DNA of 64,000 nucleotides from Cenarchaeum sp. (GTDB lineage Archaea; Thermoproteota; Nitrososphaeria; Nitrososphaerales; Nitrosopumilaceae): NCBI GenBank assembly GCA_965242695.1, contig CBDESU010000002.1, positions 416,001 to 480,000 of the forward strand, read 5' to 3'. Shown piece by piece: positions 61,298 to 64,000 of this stretch (position 1 is its first letter; each line of letters starts with the position of its first letter). The notes under the pieces were generated by a model. It saw only the letters and a program-made list of their open reading frames with translations, ran no database searches and was not told where the DNA came from. The position numbers and the translations under genes were made by a program.

Positions 61298-64000
61298 CTA
61301 GTCCGGGCGCTCCATTGCGGCAAGCAGGGCTAGCACCTCGGGCCATCCGGCCGCCGCGTATATGTCCAGTACGTCAAGGCAGCGCCGCCACTCGCTGTCG
61401 CCGGGATGATACAGCTCGATCATGCCCGATATGATGTTGGTTGTGCACTGTGCAAGGGCCGGCTGGTGGGACAGGTCTGGCCGGCTGCCCGCAACCGCCT
61501 CCAAGCAGGACAGGGCCACCTCGGGGATCGCATGCCAGTGCGCCTCAAGGAATCGAACGGCGTGCTCGGCCGTCTGGAGATCAAACTGCCCGCGGCCGAA
61601 CAGCGATGCTAGTAGGCCCAGGTGTGGCGTAACCTTCCTTGCGTAGGCGTGACTGCCTGCGTGTGCATCGTCGTTGCCGTCAATGCCGTTGAACGCAAAG
61701 AACACGGCCTTTGACCGCACGACGTCCGGCCCCGCCTCGATCATCCTGTAGAGGAGGTCAAGGGCGGCGCCCTGGTGGTCAGGGCTGGACAGGTACGGCT
61801 TTAGCGCAAAGGGCATGTCAAGACGGATGTCGCGGAACTTGACTTCGGCCGCGACCCGGTCCAGCAGGGCGGCGGCGCGCGGATCTTTCTTTTCCAGCGC
61901 AAGGTAGAGGAGGAAGTTGGTGGTGCCCGGCATCGGCGGGCCTCCCGCCACAAGCATGTTCTCTATTACCGCAGAGGCCTGCGCGGGGTCCTTGTTTATG
62001 ACAGCGTCAAAGCGATCGCCTAGGAAGAAGCGGACGCGAAAGTCCGGATCGCGGCTGTATTCCAGCAGTATTGGGTACGCCAGGTCGTAGCGGGCTGGGA
62101 TGAGATGCGCCAGGCCGCGTGCGATGCCTCCGCGGACCAGGTTGGAGGGGTCTTTCGACAGCTCGCGCAGGGCATTCTCTGTGGCCTCGCCGCCCCGCAT
62201 CGCGACAAGTCGTGCAATGCACAGCGCGGCCAGGCTGCGCACGCCCGGGTGATCGGCCAGGAACTTGGACGGCTCATCCGCCACGTCACCCTCAGGATCA
62301 GGATCCCTGCTGCTCTCCAGCAGGCATTGCTCTACCATGGGCAGGAGTCCGGCATCGATTGCGTCGCTGGGGCTTTCTAGGTAGGAGGCAATCGATTCGA
62401 GCAGTGCAATCCTGCCCTTACGATCCTGCCCTTTGCCAATCATTGAACGGATCGTATCTTCGGGGCTTTGCAAGGGCACGTCCGGATCGGGTATTTTATG
62501 AAATTTAAAGTCCTGCGGCAACAGGGGCTGCCGGTCGGCAGCAGCTCGCGGGCGGTGTGCCTTGACAAGCTCCAAGTGCTCGCCTCCGAGCATGTGCTCT
62601 GGAAACACCGCCAGGAACTGCGCCCGCGCCCGGCCGCTCCGCAGCTTGACCGACCTCATCCTGTCCTCTGGAGACTCGTCCGCTCCCAGGGCCGCCAGTA
62701 TGTAGTCTGCCTCCTCGGGGGAGAACATTCCACCGGGCGCGTCGGCGAGCAGCTGCGCCCTCAGCCTATCTGCATCCTCCTCGGTCGGCCCGGGCTCGCC
62801 CGCAGGCGGCTGGTTGGACTTCATTATGGCCCCCAGTATCCGCGACAGCTGGGCGCCGTCAAGCGCCCCCGCAATGCTGCCGATCGCTCCCTTGATGCTC
62901 GCCTGCATCGAGTGCAGCTCATAGACGCGGGGGTCGGACAGCTCGTCGACTAGCCTGTTCAGGTGGGAGGCTCCGCGGAGCGCCATGCCTTCGATGAGCA
63001 TGGAGCGGAAGGGGGCCATGTGGCTGGCGGCAAGCAGGAGCGCAAGCCTGTCGAACTCGGCGCCGTCGCACTCCTCAAGGTGGTGCCGCACTGCCGAGAC
63101 GACAGCGCCCTCTGGCATTAGGATGCGCTGGAATGCGTCGAAGTGGACATCGAACAGTGCGCTTGGATCGGAAGGAGCTGCCGCGCGGGTGCGCTCGGCG
63201 GCCTGCACCGCGGCCTTGATCATTGTGCCGGGGTCGTCTTTTAGCATGTCCGGAAACATGCGTTCAAGGCTCCACTTTATCATTGCATTGTCTTGTACAG
63301 GATTGCCCATAAAACGCATCGAGCCGGCGTCTGCCATGACGGTCGGCTCGCTGGATGTCTCTTCGTACGCGAGTAGGTTGGCGAACATATCGGGTACCGA
63401 GCCTGGAGTGGTACGCAACAGCCCGGGCAGCAGCTGCGCTACCCCGGAGCGCACCTTTACATCGGCAGACTTTGACGCCTCCTTTAGCCATGTCACCTTA
63501 TCTTCCGCGTCGGCCTTAGCCATAGACTCTACCGCTTGTCGTCGCGCAGTGCCGTTCTGGTTGTTCTCTGCGATGAGCCTTAGAAGGTGAAACGCGCTCG
63601 GATTGGCGCCCGAAGCGGCCGACGCCGCCACTACCCGTACGTAGCCAACGATAAAGGCCCCGTTCGGGTTGTCCTTGTCGCCGGCCCAGTCTTTTAGGAA
63701 TGTGTCTCCCCACGCGCCGAGCCAAAAGGCATTTTTCTTCATGGCGGCCTCAATAAGAAAGTGCCTTTGCAGCATGGCCTGTTCGGTCAGCAGCTGGCCC
63801 ACCCCATTGTAGCCGGCCGCGCTGCCGTCGCTCACGCGCGCCAAGGCCGCGGCGGCGGCCATCTTCCAATAGTGCTTGAGGCTGGAGCGGAGGATTCCCG
63901 CGGTGAGCTTGGAAAACTCTCGGGGCGACCTTTCGTGCGCCATGGCAAGCATGAGCGGGAGCGAGGGGCGGACGAACAGGTTGTGCTCGTCCGACCGGAG
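61298..64000 (-). CDS. STAND/Avs-like protein, C-terminal HEAT region (5' end outside the window)
   Basis: Frame open to 64000; paralog of 37226-41740 (DEHNLF/DEHNIF, LQRHFLI, CLDVLDIYAAAGWP/CIDVLDAFAAVGWP). Confidence 0.85.
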   Translation of the reverse strand, partial: LRSDEHNLFVRPSLPLMLAMAHERSPREFSKLTAGILRSSLKHYWKMAAAAALARVSDGSAAGYNGVGQLLTEQAMLQRHFLIEAAMKKNAFWLGAWGDTFLKDWAGDKDNPNGAFIVGYVRVVAASAASGANPSAFHLLRLIAENNQNGTARRQAVESMAKADAEDKVTWLKEASKSADVKVRSGVAQLLPGLLRTTPGSVPDMFANLLAYEETSSEPTVMADAGSMRFMGNPVQDNAMIKWSLERMFPDMLKDDPGTMIKAAVQAAERTRAAAPSDPSALFDVHFDAFQRILMPEGAVVSAVRHHLEECDGAEFDRLALLLAASHMAPFRSMLIEGMALRGASHLNRLVDELSDPRVYELHSMQASIKGAIGSIAGALDGAQLSRILGAIMKSNQPPAGEPGPTEEDADRLRAQLLADAPGGMFSPEEADYILAALGADESPEDRMRSVKLRSGRARAQFLAVFPEHMLGGEHLELVKAHRPRAAADRQPLLPQDFKFHKIPDPDVPLQSPEDTIRSMIGKGQDRKGRIALLESIASYLESPSDAIDAGLLPMVEQCLLESSRDPDPEGDVADEPSKFLADHPGVRSLAALCIARLVAMRGGEATENALRELSKDPSNLVRGGIARGLAHLIPARYDLAYPILLEYSRDPDFRVRFFLGDRFDAVINKDPAQASAVIENMLVAGGPPMPGTTNFLLYLALEKKDPRAAALLDRVAAEVKFRDIRLDMPFALKPYLSSPDHQGAALDLLYRMIEAGPDVVRSKAVFFAFNGIDGNDDAHAGSHAYARKVTPHLGLLASLFGRGQFDLQTAEHAVRFLEAHWHAIPEVALSCLEAVAGSRPDLSHQPALAQCTTNIISGMIELYHPGDSEWRRCLDVLDIYAAAGWPEVLALLAAMERPD

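Noticed and set aside
1-64000. tRNA, rRNA, integrase or prophage structural genes
   Set aside because: None recognised by eye; tRNAscan-SE and Infernal would be needed to exclude RNA genes.

Overview
GC-rich window that reads as an archaeal anti-viral defence island. Many genes have a TATA box about 23-30 nt before a leaderless start; a high-GC Nitrososphaeria/Thaumarchaeota-type host is my inference. All calls come from motifs recognised by eye; no database search was run. Recognisable modules, in order: DUF262/GmrSD, Kiwa (kwaB and kwaA, convergent), a Schlafen/AlbA_2 protein, a complete Bil-type ubiquitination operon (Ubl-E2-JAB-E1) with a SIR2 gene overlapping the E1 stop, a Pycsar-effector-like membrane protein, three orphan HEPN genes, TcmP plus duplicated DUF5131, DUF4209, an IS3 remnant, DUF262+HEPN, three STAND/Avs-like genes (one cut by the window end), a TGT-like + QueC-like pair facing a TIR/membrane/TIR cluster, a second SIR2, and a wHTH-cyclase fusion. 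Top candidates for undescribed biology: (1) a QueC/TGT/TIR/membrane-effector module that resembles type IV CBASS with TIR in place of the cyclase; (2) an archaeal Bil system coupled to a SIR2 effector; (3) two homologous 23-aa micro-ORFs 33 kb apart, missed by the ORF track, each with its own TATA box, SD and terminator.
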